Positions 38,057 through 49,174 of a stretch of 64,000 nucleotides of DNA are shown here, one piece after another. Position numbers and translations under genes: made by a program. The notes under the pieces are model-generated. The model searched no databases. It saw only the letters and a list, made by a program, of their open reading frames with translations, and was not told the origin of the DNA. Positions within the stretch are counted from its first letter, which is position 1; each line of letters begins with the position of its first letter. The stretch lies in IMG/VR virus record IMGVR_UViG_3300044627_003892, one strand, 5' to 3'. The stretch is from a virus. Its lineage: Duplodnaviria > Caudoviricetes.

Positions 38057-40336
38057 CTTATAATCTTAATCTCCGATTCAGTTTCAATTATCACACGTGC
38101 CCCACAGGACAACAATGTCTTTTCATTACCACCATACACAACACGACTAGGTCCCAAGATTTCCACTTCAGAACAGTAGGTATTCTTCCTACCTTCTTTA
38201 ATGGTTATAACAGGTTCTAACTCGTTATTCTTCTTGTTGGACCTTATCTTGTGTTGATTGACGTGGATATACTTTTTCATTGTTCCCAAACAACTTCTTC
38301 AGTTGAAAGTGGTTCAACGAATTTTCGTTTGTCTTCTTTTGGTTTAACAGCTTTCTTCTTGTTGAAGTTAAACGAAATCCACAGACGAGTCACGACCAAG
38401 TCCAAACCAAAGTTATAGGTTGACTCTCGTTTCTTCTCACCAGTCTTTTCATCTTTATACCACACATAAGCCAAGTGTCTTGAGGTAAAGACACCAACAT
38501 GACGATAATTACTTTGTTTCAAAGTATTATCCGTCCATAGAGTTTTATAATAAAACCCCACAATACATTTTCCTAATTTTACATCAAACAGTTTCATTTA
38601 CTGATATAGATATTTTTATTTGTTTATTATTTTTTGTAATAACAGGGATTATGATTTCATCATTTGATTGTTCCACCTCAGGTAGAACCGTTAAACTACA
38701 ACTTTCAAATCCAGTTCTTTCTTTCTCAAAATATTTTAGAGCCGTTGTAATTTCGTAAGCAATTTTCTTAACCTCAAAACAATTATCCATAATCCTTATT
38801 ATTTATTCATATCACAATTGATGATGTTGTGGTTATCATCCACGAACATAGCAGTATCACCAATTTTTGGTTTCTTTTTAGTATAATAAAGAATACCATT
38901 TTGTGTAGTAACCGCATAGTATTTACCTTTACCATAATACTCATCAATTTGAATATCAACGACTACCGCTGGATACATCTCTTCACTACTCAAACAGGTA
39001 TCCAATGTTTGAAATTCAATTTTGTCCTCATCTTCATCACATTCATCTTCACAAGATGGTGCTTCAAACTTAGGTGTTTCTTTACTAACAGGGGTTTCTT
39101 GATACAACATCTTGGATATCATAAATCCAAATGACGCTAAGAATAACACAAGAACAACAGACGCAAGGACTGATAAAATAACTGATTTTTTTGACATATA
39201 TTTATTTATTTAATTATTAATCGTAGTTAACTAACTCTTTAACATCACACTTCCACCCAACAACAAACTTCTTTTCAGTATCCAAATTTATAAAGTAAAC
39301 TTCATTATTCAAAATACAATCTTCAACAAATTCCCAAACATAATCTTTCTCTTTCCATTCTTTCAATTTGTCCATGGTGGTTTCAATCACACTCCATCGG
39401 TTCATAATTTCATTGGTGTCCATCCAATACCACAAGAACAACCTGTCCTCAAACTTATATAACGACAGGATTGGTGCGTCGTAATAAATTATGTCCTGAA
39501 CAAACTCCGAACCAGGAAATGGGTGAGTTGACAATACTTCTCCGTTAATTTTCTTCATATCAATAGTGTAAATCTATGTAAAGGTTATTGTCATTATTAT
39601 ATTTAACACAACACCAAGCTGGATGATATTGTTCTTGTTCTGTTTCATACCAAGCACTTTCTTTTAACACAACCCCCCAACCATTTTCCTCATAGTACTT
39701 GTCTTCCACTCGTTGTGTTAGAACCAAAGCATCATCAGGTAGTTCGGAGTGTTCCTCTAAAAACTTTTTAAGTTTACCAACGGTAAGGTAATCTTCATAC
39801 TTACTTAAATCTTCAATAACTCTTACTTTACTCATAAAATTAATTTTTTTCTTAATACTTTAAGTTCTTCCCTATATGGTTGAAACTCATCTTGTGTATG
39901 TGCTTTGTGTCCTTTAGACACAGCCTCTGTTACAATTGATTCTAATACAATAATCCTTGAAATGATTTCTTGTTGTGTCATTTTCTTTTTATTACCCATA
40001 GTCCAAAATCAAAACATAAAAAGTTTATACACAAGTTATATCTATTTCCGTAGCTTTTAGTTACGAAGATTGTTGGGATTAGTCCAACCTGTTTGAAGTC
40101 ACTGCTCCAAGTCATATCAAAAAATGGTATTATTTTCATACAATTTTTGCATATTTGATTAGTTCATATGTCTCGGTGTAACCCATTCCATTATTGTCTT
40201 CTTCAACAATATCAAAGTCAACTTTATTACCACTATTCATTTCATCCAATTCACTATTTGGATGTACAGGTATGATTTCATTGTTTTTAGTTTCAACGAA
40301 CCAACCTTTTGTTGTTTTATATACTTTACCCGTCAT
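38053..40336 (-). other. cluster of short hypothetical ORFs (38053-38289, 38277-38597, 38584-38790, 38799-39197 membrane-anchored, 39217-39558, 39560-39835, 40136-40336)
   Basis: ORF track; co-directional, abutting. Confidence 0.6.
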
Positions 40337-41064
40337 TATGATAGATATTTTGACATATTAATCGCCGCAGTTCTTGCGTCTTCCCAATTTTTAATCGTAT
40401 GTTTACCTCTCTTGTTGAATGGTATTACCGATTTGATTCCATCATTATAAATGTGTTTTTTATCAAAATCATCACCCTTTTTATATGACTTGATATATGT
40501 TTTCCACCACTTTGTAAATTCCTTCTCATCATAATCCTCAACAACTGGATTATATTTTTCATCAAACAATCGGTCACCAATTTTGAATAGACCTCCACCA
40601 CGATGTGTGTAACCATAGTAACCTTTAATACCACCCCACCCACTCATCAATGTTTTATCAGAGTTTACAGTATTCCAAACAATAGCAACTCCGTTTGGAT
40701 ATTCTTCACAAACAGTCATTCCGTTTTGAAAATACCACCAAGCAGTCTCAATATTACCAATATATTTACCATCTTTGGTTAAGAAGGAATCCTCCAAAAC
40801 AAATTCATCATTATCCCACTTGTGAGTTCCAATAACACCACCAGTATATTTCTCAATCAACTCAACTTTCTTGGGGTCAATATTTGAGTAACCTTCCATA
40901 ACCTGTTTTGGTTTGAACCTAGTCACCAATTTGGTAAACCATAAATTAAGGTGAACCTTATTTAATTTACCATCTTTACCACTTGTGTAGTATGGATGTC
41001 TCTCAAACTTCAATACCATTTTCCCAAGATATGGAGTTCTGTTTTTAACTAATTTTTCAATCAT
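40336..41064 (-). CDS. hypothetical protein
   Basis: 242 aa; YGYTHRGGGLFKIGD. Confidence 0.7.
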   Translation of the reverse strand: MIEKLVKNRTPYLGKMVLKFERHPYYTSGKDGKLNKVHLNLWFTKLVTRFKPKQVMEGYSNIDPKKVELIEKYTGGVIGTHKWDNDEFVLEDSFLTKDGKYIGNIETAWWYFQNGMTVCEEYPNGVAIVWNTVNSDKTLMSGWGGIKGYYGYTHRGGGLFKIGDRLFDEKYNPVVEDYDEKEFTKWWKTYIKSYKKGDDFDKKHIYNDGIKSVIPFNKRGKHTIKNWEDARTAAINMSKYLS

Positions 41065-41741
41065 AGTATTTCTATTTTTTTATTTTCAACATCAATGGTG
41101 ATATCAAAAGGTTTTTGGTTGTGACTGTAACGCTCATCCAAGATAGATGCGTTGAAGAAGTGTGTTCCATTCTTCTCAACATATCCATAACCTGTGTGGA
41201 TGTGACCGCAACTATGGATTAGTGGGTGTAATGTCTCCAATCGTTTGGTTAACATTTCACATCCAAGATTAACATCACGACGATTGACTACGGTATCCAA
41301 GATACCCCAAGCCGGTCCGTGTGTTAACAAGATGTCGGTATCGTCAGGGATGTTGTTCCACTTCTCTTCCAACTCCTCACCATTACGTGGTAGGTTGAAT
41401 GCCCAATTGTAGAACTCAGGTTGCCAAGGACTACCATATATTTTCAATCCCTCAAACTCAACGAAGTCATCAATCAAACAAACAACACCTTTGTCGTTAA
41501 ATTCACGAATCATCTTCCAAGCGTCAAATGGTTTGTCCTCAATGTATCTGTCGTGATTACCAGGAATGAATACCTTCATCTTATATGGTAGTTCACTGAA
41601 CCATTTTAAGAAGTCATACAAATCTTCCCAATTGTAACCTGAGTTCATAACATCACCGCTATGTAAAATCAAATCACCACCATTCACAAGAACGTTACGT
41701 TCTTTGGTGTGCGTGTCTGATATTAGGGTTACTTTCAACAT
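41061..41741 (-). CDS. metallophosphoesterase (MPPED-like)
   Basis: SDTH, HSGD, GNHD, THGP, GHIH. Confidence 0.85.
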   Translation of the reverse strand: MLKVTLISDTHTKERNVLVNGGDLILHSGDVMNSGYNWEDLYDFLKWFSELPYKMKVFIPGNHDRYIEDKPFDAWKMIREFNDKGVVCLIDDFVEFEGLKIYGSPWQPEFYNWAFNLPRNGEELEEKWNNIPDDTDILLTHGPAWGILDTVVNRRDVNLGCEMLTKRLETLHPLIHSCGHIHTGYGYVEKNGTHFFNASILDERYSHNQKPFDITIDVENKKIEIL

Positions 41742-41765
41742 TTAACAAATATACGAATAAATTAC

Positions 41766-42044
41766 TTACTTTCCAACTTTATACATATCAAAATAGATAG
41801 TATCACCAACAGATACCTGTCTTAACGACTTCATCTCCACACCATTTTCAAGTGTGATATCATAATACAAGTTCATCTCTTCATGAACATTCTGTGGTCG
41901 GTGTCTTTCAACCTTTATAACATAATGAGCCTCAGTATAATGATAACCATTTTGTTTATCATAAGACGCAATTACAATTAACGACATTACTGTTGCGACG
42001 AACACGAAGAACAATGTCCAAGGGGATGTTAAAATTTTTTTCAT
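41766..42044 (-). CDS. membrane-anchored hypothetical protein
   Basis: N-terminal hydrophobic helix. Confidence 0.6.
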   Translation of the reverse strand: MKKILTSPWTLFFVFVATVMSLIVIASYDKQNGYHYTEAHYVIKVERHRPQNVHEEMNLYYDITLENGVEMKSLRQVSVGDTIYFDMYKVGK

Positions 42045-42048
42045 AGTT

Positions 42049-42666
42049 TTATTTAGTTTTATTTTTCAGTTGTCTTTCCATCCATTTAGCACCTTGAATA
42101 AACCCCATATAATGAGAAGTTCTATTCGTTTGATTTACAGCATAAGATTGTGCCGCAGTAATAATCGTTTCTTCGTTAAATTCTTCTTGTAGAATGATGA
42201 TTTTATACTTTCGTAATACATTGGTACTACCTTTTAATATTGGATTGTTTTGGTTGAATTGCTCGTACTCATAAGTAATAAAAACTTCCTCACAAGTTGG
42301 ATTCGTAACAAACCATTCTAAGAACTCATCATCTATAGGTTGAACACCCTCATTTATTAATTCTTGGTCTGTTGTTAAAATGATTTTTTTACCATTAGAA
42401 TTAACTTTAGATACTAAACAATAAAGATTATTATCTTCACCTAAATAATAATCATCAAATTTAATCTCCTCATCATTAGTGATGTAGATGTTTTGGTTAA
42501 TCGTATGTCCATTAGAAGTTGTTGAAACACTATCTAAATGCAATTGACCATTATTGTTATATAACCTGCTTGGTTTGTCTGTTGGTAACAAATGTACGTT
42601 TTTCATAACTTTTATTTTTAATTTTCCACTGCTTTGGCCCCAATGATAATTTTCATTATTCTCCAA
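42049..42666 (-). CDS. hypothetical protein
   Basis: KIILTTDQ.LI..GVQ.IDDEFLEWFV motif. Confidence 0.65.
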   Translation of the reverse strand: MENNENYHWGQSSGKLKIKVMKNVHLLPTDKPSRLYNNNGQLHLDSVSTTSNGHTINQNIYITNDEEIKFDDYYLGEDNNLYCLVSKVNSNGKKIILTTDQELINEGVQPIDDEFLEWFVTNPTCEEVFITYEYEQFNQNNPILKGSTNVLRKYKIIILQEEFNEETIITAAQSYAVNQTNRTSHYMGFIQGAKWMERQLKNKTK

Positions 42667-42920
42667 TTACCTTTAACTGTTCTAACGTCAAAAGTATACT
42701 CATTATCGACTGGCTGAATTGATGTGAGTACTTTCCATTCTTTACCACACCAAGAGTAAACATTATACTTCTTAATGGTTTTTATGATTTCATTCTCAAT
42801 TACATCCTTCCATTCTGTAAATGGTTCAAAACTAAGTGAAAGGAATAGATTCTCAATCTCTGTTCGGATTGATTCCCATCTTTGTTTTACTCGTTGTTTT
42901 TTATCTTTTCTTTTACTCAT
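42618..42920 (-). CDS. hypothetical protein
   Basis: 100 aa. Confidence 0.55.
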   Translation of the reverse strand: MSKRKDKKQRVKQRWESIRTEIENLFLSLSFEPFTEWKDVIENEIIKTIKKYNVYSWCGKEWKVLTSIQPVDNEYTFDVRTVKGNWRIMKIIIGAKAVEN

Positions 42921-43013
42921 AACTTTTAGTTTTTATATCTTTTACAAATATATTAACATTTTTATAATTTCCCCATACGTATTTCTACGTATTTAGAATA
43001 CTCCCCTTTGAAT

Positions 43014-44075
43014 TTATAGTTTTTTATATTCGGGTTTTAAATAATTCCATATTGCTTTATCAGTACTCTTTCCATCCCACATCATAAAGCATAATGCCTT
43101 TATCTTTGGGTGAGTATCACATTCTTGTAAGTGTAAAGCAAACTCTTTCTTTGATGGTTCAGGGTCTCTGTCCCCATATTTACCATATCTGAAATACTGA
43201 TATATCTTACCAGCACGTTCTCCAAACTGATAGTGGTTATACCTTAACTCCTGAACATACATCTTTATCTTCTTATAGAATTCGTCAGGGACATCCTTCA
43301 ATATCTCCAACACATCTTTGTCCTCACTCAACATTTCCCAAACAGAAGTGGTAGATACATTAGTCATAAGTTTATGAAGACGAAGATACTCCACACCCTT
43401 AACTTTCATTCTATCTCCGTTAGTAAAACGAACAACAAATCCTTCAGCGTTTTGTTCAACTTTACCCTTCAATTCGGTATAATCCCGAATTCCATCGTAT
43501 TTTTTAACAACTTTGAAGCCAAGATTGTTAACCATGTTCTTTAATCTAACATCAACTCCCTCACCATACAAATCAACCTCATACCCAGTTTCAGTATTTA
43601 TCATACCAAGTAATACCAAGTCCTCATAGTCATACTTAACAACTATACGGTTATCATCATATATTATTTCAAACAGGTAAGTGTAATCTTTGTGAAGTTT
43701 CTTAAAGTCATACTTTTGTAGCATGAAGAAACCTTTTAATGATTGGTCAGAAGCAAATGAACCACGAGTTGCTATCACCCATTGTCCTTCATAGTTGAAC
43801 AATATACCAAGTGAACCATCCATCTTTTCGTATACATCAAACTCAGAAGTTGGGGTGTGTCTTTCCTCTTCTATGTTGAAGAACTTTCTAAATGGACGAG
43901 CAACAACATTACCTTTGTCGTCGGTAACTAACCCACGAGTTTGTAAAGTTACATCATCCCATAAACCTTCGTACTGAACCTTTTCAGTGTAGTTCCATAT
44001 AGTCAAAGGAAGAGTTGGGTGTACTTGTTTATACACCAACCCTTCCTCAAAATATTTGTTTAGTACTTCGTTCAT
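43014..44075 (-). CDS. T4 Rnl1-like RNA ligase
   Basis: RGLV, ARPFRKFFN, YEKMDGSLG (motif I), TRGSF, LFEII, EGFVV, KVK. Confidence 0.85.
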   Translation of the reverse strand: MNEVLNKYFEEGLVYKQVHPTLPLTIWNYTEKVQYEGLWDDVTLQTRGLVTDDKGNVVARPFRKFFNIEEERHTPTSEFDVYEKMDGSLGILFNYEGQWVIATRGSFASDQSLKGFFMLQKYDFKKLHKDYTYLFEIIYDDNRIVVKYDYEDLVLLGMINTETGYEVDLYGEGVDVRLKNMVNNLGFKVVKKYDGIRDYTELKGKVEQNAEGFVVRFTNGDRMKVKGVEYLRLHKLMTNVSTTSVWEMLSEDKDVLEILKDVPDEFYKKIKMYVQELRYNHYQFGERAGKIYQYFRYGKYGDRDPEPSKKEFALHLQECDTHPKIKALCFMMWDGKSTDKAIWNYLKPEYKKL

Positions 44076-44095
44076 TTAACAAAGATACAAAACAA

Positions 44096-44482
44096 TTAAC
44101 GATTAAACAAATAATGATACGTTAAAAATAACTGACCATAATGTAACACTTGGTCAAAACCAACACTGACAAAGAAGTAATGAACTTTACCTGCCGCCCA
44201 CAACTTACTATTCAGACGACTAGTAAAGTAATCGGTAATAGTGTGAACAACAAAAGTAATTACACTAAAATATAAAGTAGACCAAACAATCCATTCAGTT
44301 GTTGCACCTTCTTTCATCATACCAAAGACAAAACACATAGGTAACAACCACACCATTGAATAATTTGATGTGTGACTTAATAAAGCAAAGTTGTTCTTAC
44401 TTTTGTTTTGGGCTTGCCAGTCAGTTTGTAATACAAAGTCGGCAATCCAATGGATGAAAATAATGATAAATGAAATTAACAT
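44096..44482 (-). CDS. DUF3307-like membrane protein
   Basis: HWIADFVLQT, HTITDY, GFDQVLH. Confidence 0.7.
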   Translation of the reverse strand: MLISFIIIFIHWIADFVLQTDWQAQNKSKNNFALLSHTSNYSMVWLLPMCFVFGMMKEGATTEWIVWSTLYFSVITFVVHTITDYFTSRLNSKLWAAGKVHYFFVSVGFDQVLHYGQLFLTYHYLFNR

Positions 44483-45075
44483 AATGAATTAGGTAAGAAT
44501 AATAAAGTTGGATTTTTCTTTTGAATATCAACGTCAGGAAATACATTTTTAAACGCCATAGCATCAAATCTATCGGTAATGAAATGATAACCATTTTTGG
44601 TTGGAATGATACATTTAATCTTATCTCCCTCAGGTCTGATAATATTGATGACTTTAGTTATTCTAACCACTTCACCTTCATCTTGAGTATCCAAATCTAC
44701 AATCCATCTACTCTCATGAGTTTTAATCTGTCCGACAACTGAGTCAAACAAATGTTTTTGGTTATGTTGTCCGTTCTTAATCTTTTCAGCTAGTCCAATC
44801 ATCATTTCCAAAGATACATCCTTATGGTTTTGTTTTTGAACGTGGATATATGCCCGAGCTTTAAACATCTCACAGAGTTGTTTAATCTCATCGTATCGTT
44901 TCTCCAAGTATTCAATACTTTCAACACAATAAGTTTTGATAGTCCGAACTGATTGGTGATTGTCTCTCTCACCTTCAGGTTGGTCCTTCTTTCGTTTGAA
45001 TACGTAGAGCATATAGAAGTCACCCTCGTTTTCAAAGTTCAATAATGGTTTTATTAATTCAATATTATCAATCAT
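44476..45075 (-). CDS. conserved phage hypothetical protein
   Basis: 199 aa; WIVDLD, IPTKNGYHFIT. Confidence 0.7.
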   Translation of the reverse strand: MIDNIELIKPLLNFENEGDFYMLYVFKRKKDQPEGERDNHQSVRTIKTYCVESIEYLEKRYDEIKQLCEMFKARAYIHVQKQNHKDVSLEMMIGLAEKIKNGQHNQKHLFDSVVGQIKTHESRWIVDLDTQDEGEVVRITKVINIIRPEGDKIKCIIPTKNGYHFITDRFDAMAFKNVFPDVDIQKKNPTLLFLPNSLC

Positions 45076-45081
45076 TGTTTG

Positions 45082-45471
45082 TTAAAGTTTTACTTCAAAA
45101 CGGTTTTTCATTAATTCTAACTTGTCTTCAGGTACACCATGTTCATTTACACCTTCGTGTCTGTTCTCCACTATAAGTGAAAAAACTCTGTATCCGTATT
45201 GTTTGGCTAACTCATAGTAAGCGTCCATTTCCCATTCTTGAGTAAATGTGTTTGAAACAGCAATCTTTTGGGAACTATCTTCCATACTTTGCTCAACACG
45301 TAATTTACACCAGTTATGAGCCAGTTTTATTTTTGACCCGTCAAATTTGTATTCACCTGTTTCAGAGTCAATAAAATATTGGTCAGCCTCAAATACAGGA
45401 CAATCCAATGATTGTGCAAATGTGCTTTTACCACTTCCTGGTATTCCTCTTACGATATATAATGTTTTCAT
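45082..45471 (-). CDS. P-loop polynucleotide kinase-like (AAA_33 type) protein
   Basis: RGIPGSGKST, EADQYF, VSNTF, HGVP. Confidence 0.8.
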   Translation of the reverse strand: MKTLYIVRGIPGSGKSTFAQSLDCPVFEADQYFIDSETGEYKFDGSKIKLAHNWCKLRVEQSMEDSSQKIAVSNTFTQEWEMDAYYELAKQYGYRVFSLIVENRHEGVNEHGVPEDKLELMKNRFEVKL

Positions 45472-45646
45472 ATTTTAATCTTCTAATTCTTCAGGTATAT
45501 CATCAATAATATGGCGTCTCCACCATTTGTCAAATTTACTACCTTTAAACGTGTCCGCCAAATAAGTTCCTAAAATTACCACTAAAAGGGCACCAATACT
45601 AATCAAAAATACCCAAGAAAATATAATAACGATTGCGTGTCCCATA

Positions 45647-45865
45647 TTAATTAATTGTATAATATACTTTTGTAGTTCTTGGAAGTCCTGGGTAGAAACT
45701 ATCAATCCTACGATGGATGTTCTCGTCCTGTTCATCAACATCATCAGGTATTGGGCCAATTCCAAAATCCAAGATGTCAAAGTGTTGGTCAATCTTTTTA
45801 ATGATATCTAAACGTTGGTCAATCGTAAGATTGATAGTTAATTCTATTCTACTTGTTAGTGTCAT
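45647..45865 (-). CDS. hypothetical protein
   Basis: 72 aa. Confidence 0.55.
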   Translation of the reverse strand: MTLTSRIELTINLTIDQRLDIIKKIDQHFDILDFGIGPIPDDVDEQDENIHRRIDSFYPGLPRTTKVYYTIN

Positions 45866-46311
45866 ACGGTATGTGGTATTTGAACTCTAATACAATTTTG
45901 TGGTTTACCCTCATTCATCAAGAAGTTATTGATATAACCCATGATGTTAGCACTACCAATAGGATTAGCTGAGTGAGTATAAACATCAGGGAACTTAATT
46001 GGTTCTCTCTTTCGGTTGGAATAACCCATCTCCAATCTTTCAGGGTTTAGTTTATAGAACTCATCAACCAAGAACTTCGCAGCATCGTAGCCAGTCTTCT
46101 CATCAATGTTTTCATAACTCAATTTATAGTTAGGTGAAACATTTGTGTGATACTCAGTCATAGCACTATCACCCAAGTCGTGGTCTAATGATATAACATC
46201 AATAGCATTCAATCCAACCTTCTGAACCAAGTCAGATAGTTCATAAAAAGTTCTAACAACCTGCCAGTCCTTTTCAACAGGAGTTCGGATATCATCTAGG
46301 TAGATTTTCAT
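45862..46311 (-). CDS. cyclic-phosphate-processing receiver-like domain protein
   Basis: IYLDDIRTP, ISLDHDLG, TGYD, HSANPIG. Confidence 0.7.
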   Translation of the reverse strand: MKIYLDDIRTPVEKDWQVVRTFYELSDLVQKVGLNAIDVISLDHDLGDSAMTEYHTNVSPNYKLSYENIDEKTGYDAAKFLVDEFYKLNPERLEMGYSNRKREPIKFPDVYTHSANPIGSANIMGYINNFLMNEGKPQNCIRVQIPHTV

Positions 46312-46317
46312 GTATTT

Positions 46318-47016
46318 TTATTTATCAGCGTTTAATAATCTTTCAAGGTGGTGGTCATTTGGCATATCTGACAACTGCTCACGATTTTTCATCAAAGGTA
46401 ATACTTCTCTCAACAAGTTGTATGGTCGGAACTCAGGGTGTCCGTCAAATCCAACGTCCATTTTCTTTCCATTACCGAACTTTTTATTGTTTGGTAAGTG
46501 AACGTGTCCGTGAAGGTGAGGAATACCTTTATTCATCCCGTCCCAACTTTGGATTGGGTAGTGCATACATACGAACTCGTGACGATTAGTCACACCTTTC
46601 TTCACAGGTTCCATAACAACAATTCGTAGGTATTCGGATACTGAACTGAAGATTGATTGTATGTCCCCTTTGTTTCTTTCAACGTGTTGGTCATGGTTAC
46701 CTAATACAAGGTGAACATTCTTACACACAATTCTATCTCTGAATTGTTTAATGAACTCAAACCCACCAAAGGACCAGTCACCAAGACAAACCAATACATC
46801 ATCCTGTCCAACGTTCCAATTGATACCATCAACGATAGATTGGTTCATTCGTTCAAGTGTGTCAAAGTCACGAGTTTGGTCAACAGGGATTTCGTTATCT
46901 GTTGTTCTCCAATTAGTCGTTCCTCTACAAATGTTCTTGTGGTTGTAGTGCGGGTCAGAACATATCCAAATGTTTGGGAATACCCCTTTTATGTCTTGTT
47001 CAATCTTTAAAATCAT
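46318..47016 (-). CDS. calcineurin-like phosphoesterase
   Basis: SDPHYNH, LGD, GNHD, MHYP, HGHVH, DVGFD. Confidence 0.85.
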   Translation of the reverse strand: MILKIEQDIKGVFPNIWICSDPHYNHKNICRGTTNWRTTDNEIPVDQTRDFDTLERMNQSIVDGINWNVGQDDVLVCLGDWSFGGFEFIKQFRDRIVCKNVHLVLGNHDQHVERNKGDIQSIFSSVSEYLRIVVMEPVKKGVTNRHEFVCMHYPIQSWDGMNKGIPHLHGHVHLPNNKKFGNGKKMDVGFDGHPEFRPYNLLREVLPLMKNREQLSDMPNDHHLERLLNADK

Positions 47017-47039
47017 ACCACAAAGATAATGCGTTTTTT

Positions 47040-47231
47040 CTATTCACCCTCATATAACTTCTTATTTTTTTGTTCAGCCCAAAGGTCAACTAAAAGGAAC
47101 AGTCCCCACCACTTAACATCAACATATTCTTCAATTTTAGTTCCTGTAAATGCTGAAATCAACAATACCACAAAAAGGTAAAGAGCAACGATTAAGGGAA
47201 GTATTCCTATTATTTTTTTGAAAGTTTTCAT
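47040..47231 (-). CDS. small membrane protein
   Basis: Two hydrophobic segments. Confidence 0.55.
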   Translation of the reverse strand: MKTFKKIIGILPLIVALYLFVVLLISAFTGTKIEEYVDVKWWGLFLLVDLWAEQKNKKLYEGE

Positions 47232-47274
47232 AATATATTTTTTTAAAAAGTTACAAGAGTTCTTTATGTTTATT

Positions 47275-47661
47275 TTATCCTTTTAAAAGGTCTTTATTTT
47301 TTTTAACATCAAAATACGTATCAATCATTTTATCAATACGTTTATCAGTGTATGAGTTGGACTCGTTAACAGAATCCATAATTCTGGTATCTATACCTCT
47401 CCAAATATCTGTAATTTGTCTTTCCAATCTGTCGCTATATCCTCTAACCTCAGATTGAATGTTTTGTCTTTCATAATCAATACGACGAGTCGTATCTTCT
47501 ATTTCTTGTGAGATTGTTCTCACTAATCCTTGGATATCTTCTTTCAGATTTCCAATTTCTGTTTGTTGTTTACTAATCTTAAACATACCCCAAGCAATTA
47601 CCCCAATGAAAATTAGAGCAACAACCGAGAGCATACCTAAAACAAAATAAGTTGTTTCCAT
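47275..47661 (-). CDS. membrane-anchored coiled-coil protein
   Basis: N-terminal TM helix, heptad-like body. Confidence 0.65.
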   Translation of the reverse strand: METTYFVLGMLSVVALIFIGVIAWGMFKISKQQTEIGNLKEDIQGLVRTISQEIEDTTRRIDYERQNIQSEVRGYSDRLERQITDIWRGIDTRIMDSVNESNSYTDKRIDKMIDTYFDVKKNKDLLKG

Positions 47662-47713
47662 AATATTATCTCTTTATTTATTTCAAAGAACTCTTGTAAC
47701 TGATACAAATGTA

Positions 47714-47745
47714 AAACAAAAACCCCACCTTTTCAAGTGGGGTTT
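47714..47745. terminator. intrinsic terminator; 32-bp direct repeat of 48487-48518
   Basis: aaacaaaaaccccaccttttcaagtggggttt at both sites. Confidence 0.8.
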
Positions 47746-47765
47746 TCAACAATATTTATTTGTTT

Positions 47766-48452
47766 TTACTTTTTTTGAAGTTCTTTACTATACTCAATAA
47801 TAGGTACAGGTGTTCCCACAGGATAAGGAAATCCAATCTTAGCTGCCGTGATTGATGTCATACCTGTTTTAACAGGAATTGCTTTACGTAATGGAACCGC
47901 CGCCTCGTTAAGTGGACCATATACTTTCGCCAACACAATACCTGTAGATGTTGTATCAAAGATAATACCTGGCATTGCGAACATATTACTTTCACTTGTA
48001 CTTGGTTCATCTGTATTTACAACAAAAGCTCTATTCACAGGTGTCATCATTTCCCATTCTTTAGTTGAAGGGTTAAATTGAGGAATAGTCGTAGTTGAAT
48101 CATAATACCAAAATAACGACCAAACAGTATTATTGGTTCCGTCAGGACTTTGGAAGTATTCATTAACATTAAACTTTCCGTAGGTTTCACTAAAACCTTC
48201 CATCGCCAAATTGGAGATTGATGGCCCTGATAATACAGGACATATTGCACAACCCTCATCATATTCTACACCTTGAACAACAATCTTTCGTCCGGTTGGA
48301 ATCGCTCCCGATGCACCACAAAAAGCAAAAGACCCATCATGTATCTTAACAATTTTATCAGATTTAATGTCTTCAGCATTTTCAGTTTTTGTACTTGTAT
48401 TACAACTAAATAACATAGTTGACATAATAATACTTAAAATAATTTTTTTCAT
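47766..48452 (-). CDS. lipoprotein
   Basis: MKKIILSIIMSTMLFSC lipobox. Confidence 0.7.
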   Translation of the reverse strand: MKKIILSIIMSTMLFSCNTSTKTENAEDIKSDKIVKIHDGSFAFCGASGAIPTGRKIVVQGVEYDEGCAICPVLSGPSISNLAMEGFSETYGKFNVNEYFQSPDGTNNTVWSLFWYYDSTTTIPQFNPSTKEWEMMTPVNRAFVVNTDEPSTSESNMFAMPGIIFDTTSTGIVLAKVYGPLNEAAVPLRKAIPVKTGMTSITAAKIGFPYPVGTPVPIIEYSKELQKK

Positions 48453-48486
48453 AATTTTTTGGTTTTTTATTTATAAATATCCCGTT

Positions 48487-48518
48487 AAACAAAAACCCCA
48501 CCTTTTCAAGTGGGGTTT
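48487..48518. terminator. intrinsic terminator; second copy of the 32-bp repeat
   Basis: Identical to 47714-47745. Confidence 0.8.
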
Positions 48519-48535
48519 AATAGATTAAAAAACCA

Positions 48536-49174
48536 TTAGTTTGGTATAGGTCGTTTTGCTAATTGGCCAGCACCTCCCATACCAACCGCTCTTTTCGTAT
48601 ATCCCGTTGGGGATGAAAGTATTTTTTCTTCTAAACTATCTAATGCGTTTGGAACAATTACTTTACATTGTGAATCTTCAGTATTCTTAATCCAAAAACT
48701 TACTAATCGGTATCCAGCATCATAACTACCTTTATATCTTATATTATCACTTAAACCTTTTGGTAGAATTAAATCATATTTTTTAGATAGTTCCTGAGCT
48801 AATTTGGGTTTAGTGTATACATTACATCCGAATTGGTCAGTTGGGTCAAAAATAATTGTAGGACTTTTTTCACCATTTTCATAATAGAATATTCTACCAT
48901 ACTTTTCAACTTTATCAAAATTTAATGAGTTCAGATAATCAAATGAGTCGTTTTGAATTTCTTTTGTAATAGTATAAGGTTTTTCATCTTTTTTCATTTC
49001 ATCTTTTTCAGATTTACCAAATAACCCTTTAACACCTTTAACACCTTGTGAAATCAATGAATTATTATTCATTAAATCGTCAATGAAGTTATCTTCTGAT
49101 ACTTCTTGTTCACTAATAACCCTTTTAACTATTCTAACCAAATCAGATTCAGTTAGTCTTATAACTTTTTTCAT
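48536..49174 (-). CDS. RLTESDL leader-family protein
   Basis: MKKVIRLTESDLVRIVKRVISEQ. Confidence 0.75.
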   Translation of the reverse strand: MKKVIRLTESDLVRIVKRVISEQEVSEDNFIDDLMNNNSLISQGVKGVKGLFGKSEKDEMKKDEKPYTITKEIQNDSFDYLNSLNFDKVEKYGRIFYYENGEKSPTIIFDPTDQFGCNVYTKPKLAQELSKKYDLILPKGLSDNIRYKGSYDAGYRLVSFWIKNTEDSQCKVIVPNALDSLEEKILSSPTGYTKRAVGMGGAGQLAKRPIPN

